A stretch of 64,000 bases of DNA. Source: Pavona decussata. Lineage: Eukaryota. A program made the translations under genes and the position numbers. The DNA lies in NCBI GenBank assembly GCA_977016875.1, contig CDRNST010000130.1, positions 868,001 to 932,000 of the forward strand, read 5' to 3'. Positions within the stretch are counted from its first letter, which is position 1; each line of letters begins with the position of its first letter. Shown piece by piece: positions 61,333 to 64,000 of the stretch. The notes under the pieces are model-generated. The model saw only the letters and a program-made list of their open reading frames with translations. It did no database searches and was not told the origin of the DNA.

Positions 61333-61380
<48 letters not shown>
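60491..61380 (+). mobile_element. 5'-truncated CR1/L2-group LINE 3' end with aataaa and (TAT)n tail, fused in frame to the RTE
   Basis: MKLNSKKCKEM...YKLLGVYISEDLSWNVHI...RSVLEYACPVW...IESVQKRALRII; frameshift near 60947; tail at 61326-61380. Confidence 0.85.
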
Positions 61381-61381
<1 letters not shown>

Positions 61382-64000
61382 AGTGGCTGTGGTCTTTTCC
61401 CTATTCAATGTTGATTTAACATCCCACATTTGAAAAAAACAAAACTAAAGCAAAACAAAACCAAACATGAACACTGAGAGAAGGAGTGAAGAAGAAAAGC
61501 TCAGAACGGTCAAAGGGAAAGAAGTAGAATGCTGTTGTGATCTAGCGAAGTGACAATTCTAGACCTTTCATCATCTATTACATCGAAAACTGACGAGAGT
61601 TGTAGCATTTGAATTTAGTTCACAGGAACACTGCTCTAACGTATCATCAGACGGGTTTACCAAAGGTTATTGGCACATACATATTTTTTAATAACAGTTG
61701 GGGATAGTTAGGTGAGGAGTCTGTGTTACTTGGCCTTCTATTTCCCTAACCTCATTTTAGCATCGGGTAAAACTTTTGATCTGTCAATGGAAATCGCAAA
61801 CCGTGTACACCTCTGTGTACAGTATTGTATGTATGAGCTTTTATTTCAACGAGCTTGGACTGGTGATCCTCAATGACTAGGCTCGTTCTGGCTTCTTCTC
61901 ATTGCAGGTTTGTGAATGGCATGGTGTATTATGGGCTCTTTTTAAGCTCAGGAGAATTTGGTGGCAGCATCTATCTGAATTTTGCACTTACAAGCTTGGT
62001 GGAAATCCCTGGAAACATTTTGGTCATTCACAACGGTAACTGGTAAATGTCAGAAAACACTACGTACTATTGTTCTCAGGATAACAGCGAGATTCGGCCT
62101 GGAAAGAGGCCATTTCATATTTTCACTTCGAGAAATTTTGAAGACTGACATATTCTCTGCGAAATGTTATTTGGTCCTCCGTACCGCGGACCCCGATAGT
62201 TACTTTTACCAACAGGTAAATGACTGTTCTTTTATAATTAAAGTCATGGCAATCCTACATTATAAGGAAAGATTGAAAACAAGTCGTTGCGGATAAATAG
62301 AATTAAAACTTACCATTCATATCGATGGGAAAAATGTTATGAAAATTATATCGAAAGATTAAAACATATTTCCAATTCGTTTTATGATTTAGGTTCGGCC
62401 GTAAGAAGACTACAGTTGCTTATATGATTGCAGCGGGAATTTCAGTATTGGCGGTTTCCTTTATTCCACATGGAACAAACAACACAGGTGCCAGTCATGA
62501 TACACTTGCAATGATGGCTAGGGGTATCATTTTCTATTCCATCCAATCCAATCCATTCCAATCCAGTTTTCCAACAAAACGGTTAAATACATTGAAGTCT
62601 TATACTATTTTTTTTTTGTGGTAAAAAAGAAAAGTTAATTTAACAAGCATATCGAATGCATATACATCTCGTAGTATTTATTCGAGGTAAAAAAACAAAA
62701 CAAACAACAATAGGTAGCAAAACGATACACTAACTGCTAAGTCATCATTTTTCCGACCAACAAGGACAAGGTCTTTTCTCTGTATGATATATTCCTCTGA
62801 TACTTTTTATTAGCTTATGCGCTATGAAAATTTACACTCACTGTTACCTTAAAAAAGATGCCACTTCTTTGGGAACGTATTTCCTTCATTTTTTCCTAAA
62901 CTCATAAGACAATTGCCCAAAGTTGAAAACGCGAAGCGTTTTACTAGATTTTAGCTCCGAACTTTGGACTTGAGGACATTAAATCATATGAAATTCAGTC
63001 AGCTGCTTAAAATGCAAAGGGAAGTTAAAGGCTCCCAAAATGGACATGTTTTTTACTTCAGTTTATACTACATGTTCAGTTGAAGTAGTAACAAATATTT
63101 TGTTGCGATTGTCCAGCGAAGAGTATAGTCGCTCAAGAGCAACCAGACCACTCGTGATAGGCGTATCCTGATCCTGAGGGGTAGTTGATTAACAAACAAA
63201 GGCACCAAAATTAATGTGCTTGTTGTCTTGCTGGTCGAGTAACCCTTGGTACACTGAGAAAAATGTTTATCACCACTTCATTTAACACCTTGTACGTTTT
63301 CTCAGCTAAGCTATTTCCTACAGTGGTGAGGTGAGATTTAGGATACGAATGTTTGATAGTCTTCTGCGGTTGACGTATCAGTTTTTCAAATTACGCAGAA
63401 ATTTTCAATTAAATGTCGTGAAACCAAAACCAAAGTAATATTTTGACCAATCTCAACACACGTAAGCAGCGCCACGAACCAATCAGAATTCGAAGCAAAT
63501 GCATGTAACCGGCGTGAAGCGCAGGAAAACACGTGCGACCATGTCGTGATTGATTTTGGTTTAGTTTCTCATTTGTTGAAAATTGACGCGAGTTTTGTTA
63601 ACCAATCACAGAGTGCAGTAAAGCAAAACCAAAGCAATTACCAAATTACTTTCGACACGCAATTAAAAACCGCTCTAATAATCGAATGATGAGTATCAGC
63701 AATAACTTGGCTTGATCGTGTTCAAGGGGAATAGTCGCCACGATACTAACCTTGTTTTTTGGTTGAACATGGTGCAAAAATGACTTTGTTGCATAAAGAG
63801 TCTACAATACCGGGAGGAAGAAATTAACTGAATTCTTAAAGGATGATCTGTTTGAGCGCAGTTTGAAGACGGCAATGCGAGAATTTGAAAAAAGTTAGCT
63901 TCACCTTTTTCGAGTACTAGTTGCAATTCAAACCGGCCCAGTCCATCTATGGCCAGAGACAATCTGGACAGTCTTAGTACACTAAGGTGGTACTGGGCTA
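61381..64000 (+). pseudogene. 5'-truncated duplicate of the SLC22 gene (equivalents of exons 4-6: 61908-62042, 62393-62487, about 63228-63330); continues past the window end
   Basis: Colinear with about 13566-16918, introns included. The exon-6 acceptor is deleted, AELFPT has become AKLFPT and NRFGRK has become NWFGRK; no copies of exons 1-3 were found upstream. Confidence 0.88.

Overview
AT-rich, intron-containing animal genomic DNA with four N-gaps. The repeat content and gene types suggest a cnidarian, probably a stony coral (inference). Three host genes can be rebuilt by hand from splice sites: (1) the 3' end of a single-pass TM-TIR receptor (TLR/IL-1R-like; +, 221-1751); (2) an 8-exon SLC22 organic-ion transporter (+, 9130-19404, about 519 aa); (3) a roughly 19-exon receptor tyrosine kinase on the minus strand (21645-53717). 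The kinase has an unusual ectodomain: Frizzled-CRD, kringle, FN3, SEA, FN3, TM, then an FGFR/RET-like kinase with intact catalytic motifs. A 5'-truncated, decayed duplicate of the SLC22 gene starts at about 61381. Introns and intergenic DNA are full of mobile elements: a triple nest (DNA transposon > gag-only Gypsy-like LTR element > BEL/Pao), an RTE/CR1 chimeric LINE ORF, a tRNA-SINE, many MITEs, Penelope remnants with hammerhead motifs, and a recurring class of elements with asymmetric inverted repeats, a terminal GNA-loop hairpin and Crypton/DUF3504-like ORF starts. All coordinates and translations were read manually; family assignments come from motif recognition, not database searches.
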